NCBI GenBank assembly: GCA_000999025.1
Contig: LCFM01000003.1
Coordinates: 12,253 to 76,252 of the forward strand
Reading direction: 5' to 3'
Length of the DNA stretch: 64,000 bases
Origin: Parcubacteria group bacterium GW2011_GWA2_43_13
GTDB lineage: Bacteria > Patescibacteriota > Patescibacteriia > UBA9629 > GWA2-43-13
The notes beneath the pieces were generated by a model that saw only the letters and a program-made list of their open reading frames with translations, had not been told where the DNA came from and did no database searches. Shown one piece after another: positions 38,354-46,936 of this stretch (positions within the stretch are counted from its first letter, which is position 1; every line of letters begins with the position of its first letter). Made by a program: the position numbers and the translations under genes.

Positions 38354-39577
38354 ATGCAAAACTACGATTACATCATTATCGGTGGTGGAGTGGCAGGTAC
38401 GGTTGCCGCAGAAACCATTCGGCAGAATGATACAAACGGGACAATCGCCATTATCTCGGATGAACCATACCCGTTTTACTCCCGCATCATGCTATCAAAG
38501 CCAAACTTTTTTTTAGGCAAAATGTCGTTTGAGTCAATTTTCCGGCATGATAAGCAATGGTATATTCAAAACAATATAGATTTAAAAAATAGTATCAGGG
38601 CAACTACTCTCAATACTGATACAAAAAAGGTTACACTCAATACTAACGAATCCCTTACATACAACAAACTCCTCCTTGCCCTTGGCGTCTGCGCCCGAAC
38701 ATTAGGACTCCCAAACGAAACGATAAGCGGTGTCTATTGCGTTCGCACGCTTGATGATGCAAAAGGCATCATGAAAACCATAAAAACGGCAAAAAAAGCC
38801 GTTGTTGTTGGCGCTGGATTTATTGGGTTTGAAATGTGCGATATTCTCAAACTCGCTGGCCTTGATGTTACCCTCATTATCCGCGAGCCATTCTTTTGGG
38901 GACACCTCTTACATAACAAGGCCGGAAGTATTATAGAAAAAGCAATAACTGAAAAAGGAGTAACTATCATAAAAGAAGATGAAGTCGCAACTATTGAAGG
39001 CGCGGAAATAGTAACTGGTATCACAACAAAAAAGCAGGTCCATCTTAATGCAGATCTCCTTGCGATTGGTGTTGGATCCGTATGTCCTAAAGATATCCTT
39101 TTACAAAAAACAATGGAAACAAGAAATGGCATTATTGTGAACGAATATCTTGAAACCAATATGCCTGATATATGGGCCGCTGGTGATTGCGCTGAATATT
39201 TTGATACTATTTTGGATGAATATATCCAAATGGGAAACTGGGCAAATGCGCAATTGCAAGGAAAAATTGCCGGCCTCAATATGACTGGCACAAAAACTGC
39301 TTTTAGCGCCGTAACTAATTATACGTGTAGCGGATTTGGGCTTTCAATCGCTTTTGTAGGAGATGTAAAAAGCGGAGAAGGTAAAGAGTTAATAGAACGT
39401 ATGCCAGACGACACACATTCGTATGGCCACTTTATTCTTAAAGATAACCGCATTATTGGCGCGGCGCTCATTAACAGAACATCAGAACTGAATACCATTA
39501 CTACATTGATACAAAACAAAATTGATATTTCAAATAAAAAAGAACTCCTTGTATCAGGAGATATTGCAATATCGTAG
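38354..39577 (+). CDS. FAD/NAD(P)-dependent oxidoreductase (NirB or rubredoxin-reductase-like)
   Basis: IIGGGVAG, YSRIML, VVGAGFIG, WAAGDCAE. Confidence 0.9.
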   Translation: MQNYDYIIIGGGVAGTVAAETIRQNDTNGTIAIISDEPYPFYSRIMLSKPNFFLGKMSFESIFRHDKQWYIQNNIDLKNSIRATTLNTDTKKVTLNTNESLTYNKLLLALGVCARTLGLPNETISGVYCVRTLDDAKGIMKTIKTAKKAVVVGAGFIGFEMCDILKLAGLDVTLIIREPFFWGHLLHNKAGSIIEKAITEKGVTIIKEDEVATIEGAEIVTGITTKKQVHLNADLLAIGVGSVCPKDILLQKTMETRNGIIVNEYLETNMPDIWAAGDCAEYFDTILDEYIQMGNWANAQLQGKIAGLNMTGTKTAFSAVTNYTCSGFGLSIAFVGDVKSGEGKELIERMPDDTHSYGHFILKDNRIIGAALINRTSELNTITTLIQNKIDISNKKELLVSGDIAIS

Positions 39578-39657
39578 AGACGCCCCACTGGGGCGTCTTC
39601 AGGAAAATGCGACAATAGTGCATCTCTCATAAAGACGTGCCATCGGCACGTCTCTAC
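39574..39657. repeat. GTAG-type REP doublet
   Basis: GTAGAGACGCCCCACTGGGGCGTCT ... AGACGTGCCATCGGCACGTCTCTAC. Confidence 0.85.
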
Positions 39658-39662
39658 AAACA

Positions 39663-40931
39663 TTAACGAACTTTCAACACAACCAAGTGTTCAATATGCG
39701 GAGTATGCGGAAAAAAGTTATACCCGCGTGAACATACCACAGAATAAGTATCAGCAAGCAATGCGATATCTCTTGCTTGAGTAGAAAGGTTGCATGACAA
39801 ATACATCATAGTACGCGGACGCGCTTTTTTTAATTGTTCAATGATTCTATGATGTAACCCCGCGCGGGGAGGATCAACAATCACAGTTGAATCACTATCA
39901 ATCGCGGTTTCATAATCCTCTGCCCTGCCTTCAATAATCTGCGCATGATCATAGCCATTCATCTTGCTATTCTTTTTTGCAGACGCGCAGGCAAAAGTAT
40001 CATTCTCAATCAACACCAATTCTGACGCCTGACGCGCGATAGACAATCCGATTGATCCAACCCCACTATACACATCAACTACGCGACCACTCTCAACCCA
40101 TTGCGCAATATCTTTTAATGCCAAAACGTACACTGGCACATTTACCTGAAAAAAACTTAATGGAGAATACGAAAATACACATTCACCAATATCATCAATC
40201 AAATCATCACTCCCATACCGTGCCAGTACTTTTGTCGGCACAGACGCAGGGCTTTTGTGCGTTGAATAATATACTGTAAACGATTCAAGTGGTTTTTCTA
40301 TAACAAATTCAGGAAGCGAGATATCGTCTTTTTTAATAAACAATGCCGCGTGCACCATTCCTTTTTGTGTTGCTCGTACAATCAATGATTTAACATGCCA
40401 GCCACGAATTCCTGCTATTGCTAACTGATCCCGAATATCTTGCGCTACCTGATTGATTTCATTTTTTGCCAAACAACACCCTAAAATAGGAATTTTCCGT
40501 TTTCCGCCACGGCTAAAAAAAGCAAGCGAAAGATCGTTCTCTGTCTCTGACCAAAAACTAAACTCCATTTTATTGCGATACCCGTACTCAACCCCATCTG
40601 TCACAATGGCATCAGGAGAGAGATCAACATTTTCGCGTGCAAACGCCTCCTGTATAATTCTTTCTTTCCATTTATTTTCTTTGCTAAAATCCAAAATTTG
40701 CCACGGACTGCATGAAAGAAAATGATTTTCACGCGCATCGCGCCGCTGTGGAGATGAGGTAATAATGTGTTCAGTAACTGCCTCTCCGTAATCAGGCTTA
40801 TTTTTGGTAACACGCGCTTCAACAGTTTCTCCAGGCAGAGCATTCCACACAAAAAATTTCTTACCGTCAACTTCTCCCATTCCTTGCCCGCCAAACACTA
40901 ATCTATCAATCTTAATCTTAATAGTACTCAT
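39663..40931 (-). CDS. rlmD: 23S rRNA m5U methyltransferase (RlmD/TrmA family, TRAM domain)
   Basis: ALPGE, YRNKMEF, SFFQVN, DPPRAG, YLSCN, FPHTPHIE. Confidence 0.9.
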   Translation of the reverse strand: MSTIKIKIDRLVFGGQGMGEVDGKKFFVWNALPGETVEARVTKNKPDYGEAVTEHIITSSPQRRDARENHFLSCSPWQILDFSKENKWKERIIQEAFARENVDLSPDAIVTDGVEYGYRNKMEFSFWSETENDLSLAFFSRGGKRKIPILGCCLAKNEINQVAQDIRDQLAIAGIRGWHVKSLIVRATQKGMVHAALFIKKDDISLPEFVIEKPLESFTVYYSTHKSPASVPTKVLARYGSDDLIDDIGECVFSYSPLSFFQVNVPVYVLALKDIAQWVESGRVVDVYSGVGSIGLSIARQASELVLIENDTFACASAKKNSKMNGYDHAQIIEGRAEDYETAIDSDSTVIVDPPRAGLHHRIIEQLKKARPRTMMYLSCNLSTQARDIALLADTYSVVCSRGYNFFPHTPHIEHLVVLKVR

Positions 40932-41836
40932 ATAATATGCCACTTTCCTTTATGGAAAACCATACATCCTTCCCGAGTGAGCGCGTCTAAAATATCCCCT
41001 AACTCATGGGCGTATTTCTCCAAATACGGATTACCTGCACATGATTTCAAAATCTCTTGTGATGATGCTTTTTTATGTTCCAAAAGATACCGCACAATAT
41101 GTGCGCGCACATACCGTTTTGATCCTTCAAATTTTGACTGCTTTATATAGTGTTTACTTTTTCTGTTAGGATTGAGAATTCCCTCCATTGCCAATGCCCC
41201 ATAATCCATCAGTGCTGAATACCACATCCGCGGGTCTTTTTTATACAGATATTTTTCTATCAAAGGCATTAATTCTGCGTCTGACACTATTCTGTCATCG
41301 CGAGGATTCTCCCGAAGGGGAAAGACGTGGCGATCTCGAGATTGCTTCGTCGCCTGCGGGCTCCTCGCAATGACAGAAGAAGTAAAAAAGAAATAAATAA
41401 ACACCCTCCTCACATTCGTCTCAATCAGCACCTCTGGATTATTAAACGCAAATACGCTCACTGCCCGAGCAGTATACGGCCCCACACCTGGTAGTTTCTC
41501 CAATTCTTGCGCAGTACGAGGAAACCTGGCGCCATACTCCTTTTGCACCACCTGACACGCGCGCTGTAAATACAACGCTCTACGATTATACCCTAACCCC
41601 TGCCACGCTTTCAAAACATCAGCAACTTTTGCCTGTGCCAAAGCCCGCGCGGTTGGGAAGTTCTTAAGAAACGCGCTATATTTTGGAATTACGCGATCCA
41701 CCTGCGTCTGTTGCAACATTAATTCAGACACCAAAATCCGATACGCTGACTGGTTCACCTTCCTTCGCCATGGCAACGTATGCCTCCCGTTTTTCTTATA
41801 CCAACTTAAAATCTCTTTTTGAAATTCAGCAGACAT
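40928..41836 (-). CDS. mutY: A/G-specific adenine glycosylase (short MutY)
   Basis: LPWR, VSELMLQQTQV, WQGLGYNRRA, LPGVGPYTA, LMDYGA. Confidence 0.9.
   Translation of the reverse strand: MSAEFQKEILSWYKKNGRHTLPWRRKVNQSAYRILVSELMLQQTQVDRVIPKYSAFLKNFPTARALAQAKVADVLKAWQGLGYNRRALYLQRACQVVQKEYGARFPRTAQELEKLPGVGPYTARAVSVFAFNNPEVLIETNVRRVFIYFFFTSSVIARSPQATKQSRDRHVFPLRENPRDDRIVSDAELMPLIEKYLYKKDPRMWYSALMDYGALAMEGILNPNRKSKHYIKQSKFEGSKRYVRAHIVRYLLEHKKASSQEILKSCAGNPYLEKYAHELGDILDALTREGCMVFHKGKWHII
41290..41378. repeat. RPE-like palindromic element, in frame in mutY
   Basis: TTCTGTCATCGCGAGGA ... TCCTCGCAATGACAGAA (16/17 inverted repeat); internal GACGAAGCAATCT. Confidence 0.85.
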
Positions 41837-41845
41837 AATCTATTT

Positions 41846-42493
41846 TTACCGAAGCGCTAAAATCACAGGATCATCTGTTAGGTGTACTTTTCGCGCTGGA
41901 GAATATTTCCTTCCGTATTCGATCATGAGATAGGTGAATTCAAACCACTGTTTTTTCGGAACAATCTGCATAAGATCTTGTTCGATTTTTTTAGGATCAT
42001 TGTTATCAGTCAAACCGAATTTTTGAGATAACCGGCGCACATGCGTGTCAACCGCAATTCCTTCAACAACACCATATGCGTTCCCCAACACCACATTTGC
42101 TGTTTTTCTGCCAACGCCAGGGATTGTCATCAATGTATCCATAGTGCGAGGGATAACACCGCTATATTTTTCTTTCACCATTTTCGCGGCTTGTAAAATA
42201 TGTTTTGCTTTATTTTTATAAAATCCTGTTTTAAAAATATCCCGCTCAAATTCCGCGCGATCTGCGTTCACATAATCATCTAATGTTGTATATTTTTGAA
42301 ATAATTTTTCTGTCACGTGGTTGACCATCACATCAGTGCACTGCGCAGAAAGAATGACAGCAACAAGCAATTCCCATGAATTGGAAAATTTCAAAACTAT
42401 TCCCGCTACAGGGAATAGTTTTTTTAATTCTCGAATAACCAATCGCACTCGTTTTTTTCTTTGTGCCAATACGGCTGAGGGCATATATGTCAT
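41846..42493 (-). CDS. nth: Endonuclease III
   Basis: LLVAVILSAQCTD, IPGVGRKTANVVL, VDTHVRR. Confidence 0.95.
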   Translation of the reverse strand: MTYMPSAVLAQRKKRVRLVIRELKKLFPVAGIVLKFSNSWELLVAVILSAQCTDVMVNHVTEKLFQKYTTLDDYVNADRAEFERDIFKTGFYKNKAKHILQAAKMVKEKYSGVIPRTMDTLMTIPGVGRKTANVVLGNAYGVVEGIAVDTHVRRLSQKFGLTDNNDPKKIEQDLMQIVPKKQWFEFTYLMIEYGRKYSPARKVHLTDDPVILALR

Positions 42494-42498
42494 CCTGT

Positions 42499-43101
42499 TT
42501 ACACACTCAACCCAACTTGCGACAATTCCTGCTTTAGTTGATCCGCATTTCGAAAATAAATAGCATGAATACCTAAACTTGTGGCAAGTTTTGCAGAATC
42601 CTCATCATCATCAATAAACACAGTTTCATCCGGTTGAACGCCAAAATGTTCAAGCACCATTTTATAGGATCGTTCCGTTGCTTTGGTAAATCCGTTTTCG
42701 CATGAAAAATACATAAAATCAAACAACTGCATTGATGGGAATGTTTTTTTAATCCAATCAGCCCGCTCAAAAAAATTATCAGACATCACGGCAACTTTTT
42801 CAACTTGGGATTTTACTTTTTTCACCAACTCAAAATGTTCCATCACTTCATGCGTACCCTCTGTTTTAAACCATAAATCAAAAAACTCCTGCTCATTCAC
42901 ATGCAAACCCCATACAGAAAGATACGGCTCCCATGCGGGAAACGAAGGCGTGTTGATATCGCATTTTGGCGGCATTACTCTGCCACGCAAAATACCTAAA
43001 AATTCCGGCTTGGAAACATGATATTCTTTTTCCAAAAAATCGCTAAATCGCGATCCTTGGAGCAAAAATCCGTCAAGATCAAATATCGCAAGTTTGATCA
43101 T
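42499..43101 (-). CDS. HAD family phosphatase
   Basis: FDLDG, MSDN, K, FIDD motifs. Confidence 0.85.
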   Translation of the reverse strand: MIKLAIFDLDGFLLQGSRFSDFLEKEYHVSKPEFLGILRGRVMPPKCDINTPSFPAWEPYLSVWGLHVNEQEFFDLWFKTEGTHEVMEHFELVKKVKSQVEKVAVMSDNFFERADWIKKTFPSMQLFDFMYFSCENGFTKATERSYKMVLEHFGVQPDETVFIDDDEDSAKLATSLGIHAIYFRNADQLKQELSQVGLSV

Positions 43102-43109
43102 ACCCTCGT

Positions 43110-43184
43110 TCCCCTCCCCTATAATCGGGGAGGGCAGGGTGGGGTATATGACCTCCCTCTACCCCCTCCTTCACAAGGAGAGGA
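43110..43184. repeat. Family B palindromic repeat pair
   Basis: CCCCTCCCC..GGGGAGGGCAGGGTGGGG and ACCTCCCTCTACCCCCTCCTT..AAGGAGAGG. Confidence 0.75.
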
Positions 43185-43195
43185 AGATATTATCG

Positions 43196-44389
43196 CTATC
43201 CGTTATTCAACGCTTCAAACCCAGGCAATGTGCCTTGTTCAATAAACTCAAGCATTGCCCCTCCACCAGTTGATATGTGAGTAATTTTTTCCAAATATTC
43301 TTTTTTAGATACAGCGGCTAATGTTTCACCCCCACCGATCACGGAAACAGCATCCTTATTCTGCGTGATTGCATAATAAATAAAATCAGTGCCACGGCCA
43401 AATGCGGGATTCTCAAACAAACCAACCGGTCCATTCCATATAATGGTTTTTGCTTTTGCAATAATTGCCCCAAACCGCGCCTGCGTTTCTGGGCCGATAT
43501 CTAAAATATACCCGTCTTGTGGCACTTCATCAACTTTTTTAATTTCTCCGCCTTCTTTTGAATTATCCGGCTCGCCGATCACAACATCAGATGGCAACAC
43601 CACTGCAGTGTTTTTTTGCGCGGCCATATACAAAATCCTGCGCGCATTTTCAATTTCTTCATACTCAACCAAGCTCTTGCCAATTTCAAATCCCTGCGCC
43701 GCGATAAAATTATTCGCCAATCCGCCACCGACAAGCAAATAATCGGCAAGTTCAAGCAACCTGCCTATGAATTTAATTTTCCCTGAAATTTTTGCGCCAC
43801 CGATAATGGCAACCAACGGCTTTTGCGGTTTGGCGATAACGGATGAAATCATTTCAATTTCTTTTTTCAACAGCAACCCGCCATATGATGGAATCAATGC
43901 CGCAACACCGACAACCGAAGTGTCAGTCCGATGACACACCCCAAACGCGTCGTTTACATACACATCTGCAAGTTCTGCTAATTTTTTTGCAAATTCAGGA
44001 TCATTCTTTTTTTCTTCGGCATAAAATCGGATATTTTCAAGTACCAATATCTCATTCTCTTTTTGTGCGGAAAATGTTTCCTTGGGTTCAATCAAAAAAT
44101 CATCAACTAATTTTACAGTAAAACCATCAAGATATTCTTGTAAACGAGCAACAACAGGTTTTAACGAAAGTTTAGGATCGCGTTTTTCAGGCCTATCGAG
44201 ATGAGACACCAATATCAATTTATTGCCTTTTTCAAGTAAATATTTAATCGTAGGCAGACCCTGTTGAATACGGGCATCGTCCGCGATAGTAAGATTGTCA
44301 TGCAACGATACATTAAAATCAACCCGCAATAATACCCGTTTATGCAAAATATCATGCTCATCAATAAAATGAATGTTAAAATCCGTCAT
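43196..44389 (-). CDS. pgk: Phosphoglycerate kinase
   Basis: RVDFNV, LENIRF, NDAFG, GGAK, WNGPVG, STGGGAMLE. Confidence 0.97.
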   Translation of the reverse strand: MTDFNIHFIDEHDILHKRVLLRVDFNVSLHDNLTIADDARIQQGLPTIKYLLEKGNKLILVSHLDRPEKRDPKLSLKPVVARLQEYLDGFTVKLVDDFLIEPKETFSAQKENEILVLENIRFYAEEKKNDPEFAKKLAELADVYVNDAFGVCHRTDTSVVGVAALIPSYGGLLLKKEIEMISSVIAKPQKPLVAIIGGAKISGKIKFIGRLLELADYLLVGGGLANNFIAAQGFEIGKSLVEYEEIENARRILYMAAQKNTAVVLPSDVVIGEPDNSKEGGEIKKVDEVPQDGYILDIGPETQARFGAIIAKAKTIIWNGPVGLFENPAFGRGTDFIYYAITQNKDAVSVIGGGETLAAVSKKEYLEKITHISTGGGAMLEFIEQGTLPGFEALNNG

Positions 44390-44416
44390 AGAATATCATG
44401 TATCAACAAAACCAAT

Positions 44417-44444
44417 GTAGAGACGGGGTGAACCCCGTCTCTAC
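44417..44444. repeat. GTAG-type REP
   Basis: GTAGAGACGGGGTGAACCCCGTCTCTAC. Confidence 0.85.
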
Positions 44445-44455
44445 ACAGTATACCT

Positions 44456-45562
44456 CTAATCGTGCTTCAACTCAAACGTGCTATCAAGACGATTCAATCG
44501 TTCCACAATGCCGCCGTATTCCAATTCTTCGCGCGGAAGCATAGATGGCTCGGTAAAGCCCTGTTCACGCATGGCAATAGATTTCTCCGCGGCTTTTTGA
44601 CGAACATAATCCCAGAATGGATCAACAAACACATCTACCCACTCTGTCATCTTTCCATTACGCATTGAAAACGTTATGCCTTGAACAATTGGAATGCAAT
44701 AATGCACAGATGCGGGCGAATTTATCGGCACCGGCATCAACGGCTGTTGGTGTGATCCGCGACAGTCGCCACCAACATAATGCGCATTGCGAAAGCACGC
44801 TCCCATTTCTTCTGTTGCCGGAAACATCTTTTGCACGCGCACCAATGCCACAGGATCATCCTTGCCAACGTATTTCCCTGCAATATGTTTTAACCGCGTT
44901 GTGGCTACAGAAACCACATGCTGATCTGGATACTTGCGAGAATAAATCGAGCGAACCACATATCGCCGTGTTTCCCGCAACAGCGCCGCGATATCATATA
45001 AATCCTCTGGCGCGTTTAATCGAATAACTTTGTCTGCTTCCAAATATTCTGTATCAATAATTTCAAAGGTAAAGCCCTTGTTCATTTCAGGCGCCACCAA
45101 CAGACCTGGAGACCACATTGGATCTGCGAACGCAAGATACATGGGCAAGTTAAACGCGCCCGGCTCGGTTTTATCCATAGTAAACACCATCACGGATTCA
45201 TTCGGCCGCTCTTCAAATTCAATTTCCGCAACCCCAGGCCCCATCCCTTGAATATTGCCGGTAAACGCGTCTTTTAATAAATCCTGCCCAGCGCCGTACA
45301 GACCTTGTGACTTTGCAACTTCAGTGCCTGCCACAAACGCGTCCCATACTAATTGATGAATCTTTTCATGCTTTGGGCCGTTGGTATGAGTCATCAGCAC
45401 TGCAATATCATCGCCAGTATAAAACACGCGGTGATCAGTTAAAAGATACTGGCCTTTTGCTTCAATAAAAGCGCGAACTGTTTCCAAAACTTTTTCTGAC
45501 GGTTTTGTATGCCCGCCAACCCCTCCGATATCTGCTTTAATGAGTGATAGTGTTATTTTCAT
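44456..45562 (-). CDS. fbp: Bifunctional FBP aldolase/phosphatase (FBPase class V)
   Basis: KADIGGVGGH, GDD, LYGAGQDLL, DKTEPGAFN, YVGKDDP, RGSH. Confidence 0.95.
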   Translation of the reverse strand: MKITLSLIKADIGGVGGHTKPSEKVLETVRAFIEAKGQYLLTDHRVFYTGDDIAVLMTHTNGPKHEKIHQLVWDAFVAGTEVAKSQGLYGAGQDLLKDAFTGNIQGMGPGVAEIEFEERPNESVMVFTMDKTEPGAFNLPMYLAFADPMWSPGLLVAPEMNKGFTFEIIDTEYLEADKVIRLNAPEDLYDIAALLRETRRYVVRSIYSRKYPDQHVVSVATTRLKHIAGKYVGKDDPVALVRVQKMFPATEEMGACFRNAHYVGGDCRGSHQQPLMPVPINSPASVHYCIPIVQGITFSMRNGKMTEWVDVFVDPFWDYVRQKAAEKSIAMREQGFTEPSMLPREELEYGGIVERLNRLDSTFELKHD

Positions 45563-45624
45563 AGCCCCAATACAATACACTTTTGACTTATTTTTGTCAA
45601 AAAAATGCGTGAAGAAAAAAATCC

Positions 45625-46305
45625 TCACGCACGCCTTTGATACTCCTGCCGCAAGGCATCTACGGCCTGTTCAAGTGCCTTTGTCAGCGCTTCCTGCGTT
45701 CCATACAAATGAGAATCAATCGCCTGTCCCAATCTCACTTGTATGCGTGCGCGAAATAGCATTGATAAAGAAAAAAGCCGGCTCTTTTTCGACCACACGA
45801 GATGCGTCCCGAAGATAAAAATCGGGACTACTTGCAAAGGAACAAGCTCGGCCTTGCGAACGATGACTGATACCCCATCCTTAAAAGGCATGCCACGCAA
45901 AGGATCTGACTGCCGTCCCCCTTCTGGATACATAATAAGCGCATGCCCCTGATGAAGCACGGTGTTAATCAGGGTCAAATCCTTTCCAAGTTGATACCCG
46001 CGCGCGTTGCTTCTTTCAATAAGAAGCACATGAAAGCACTCGCACATAAACGCTCGAATCCGACCTTTTATGCCCCAATAGTCGCGCGCTCCGACAACAT
46101 AGAGCTCAACCCCTTGCAGTTTTGCCCACTGTGTAAGCAAGGAAACAAGCAAGGGAGTGTCAAAGTGGCTCGCGTGGTTCGACACAAACACCACTGGCGC
46201 TGTTTTCGGAAGATTCTCCCATCCGCAAACCTCAACGCGGTATAAATACCGCGCAATGTTTTGAAGGAGAGGAAACATCACCCTTTGTTTCAACCACTGT
46301 TTCAT
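45625..46305 (-). CDS. PlsC-family lysophospholipid acyltransferase
   Basis: NHASHFD and YPEGGR motifs; AGGAGG SD. Confidence 0.9.
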   Translation of the reverse strand: MKQWLKQRVMFPLLQNIARYLYRVEVCGWENLPKTAPVVFVSNHASHFDTPLLVSLLTQWAKLQGVELYVVGARDYWGIKGRIRAFMCECFHVLLIERSNARGYQLGKDLTLINTVLHQGHALIMYPEGGRQSDPLRGMPFKDGVSVIVRKAELVPLQVVPIFIFGTHLVWSKKSRLFSLSMLFRARIQVRLGQAIDSHLYGTQEALTKALEQAVDALRQEYQRRA

Positions 46306-46326
46306 CTCTCCGCCTCCTTCGCGTAA

Positions 46327-46734
46327 CTAAATCGCCACAACAAGAATTGATTCAAACTGGCCTTTGTTGTTTTGTGAAACCTCCCGCTCATGCCGTTCCA
46401 CCTTTGGCATCAGTTCTATCTCTTCCTCCAAAGGAAAGCCCTCAAGTTCTGCCTCCAGATACGTCTCTGAAAAATCACTAATAATAATATTAGTGTACAC
46501 TTCATTATACGAGCGTGAAAGCCCTAATAATTCGTTTACAAAAGATACAAGCAAATCGGTCTCATCATCCGCCTCGAGCGCGAGTGTCCGCGTAATGGTC
46601 GGCTCCTCCACAGGAGCATCCAAAGCAAGTAAATTCATCGCGCCTTCGAATGCTGAATAAAAAATATCTTCTAACTCTTTGCCATGAAGGTGTAAGTGTA
46701 ACCCTTCTTCATGGTCTTCTATTGAATACGGCAT
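46327..46734 (-). CDS. Archease
   Basis: YSIEDH, GKELEDIF, LLVSFVNELL; acidic, about 135 aa. Confidence 0.75.
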   Translation of the reverse strand: MPYSIEDHEEGLHLHLHGKELEDIFYSAFEGAMNLLALDAPVEEPTITRTLALEADDETDLLVSFVNELLGLSRSYNEVYTNIIISDFSETYLEAELEGFPLEEEIELMPKVERHEREVSQNNKGQFESILVVAI

Positions 46735-46899
46735 ATTCAAAAAAAATAATTAACTAAACCTCCGCGCGTTATCATTGCGATCCCCCACACAGGGATAAGC
46801 AATCTCGGAGAAAATAACGAACAAAAAAACAACCGCTCTTATTGTTAGATGATCTGTCAAAATTGTCAAGGAAAACAATATTGAAATAAAAAAAATCGA

Positions 46900-46932
46900 G
46901 TGGTTTCTCGTTCTTACGATTGAGAAACCACC
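46900..46932. terminator. Hairpin downstream of the giant ORF
   Basis: GTGGTTTCTC...GAGAAACCAC. Confidence 0.5.
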
Positions 46933-46936
46933 TATA

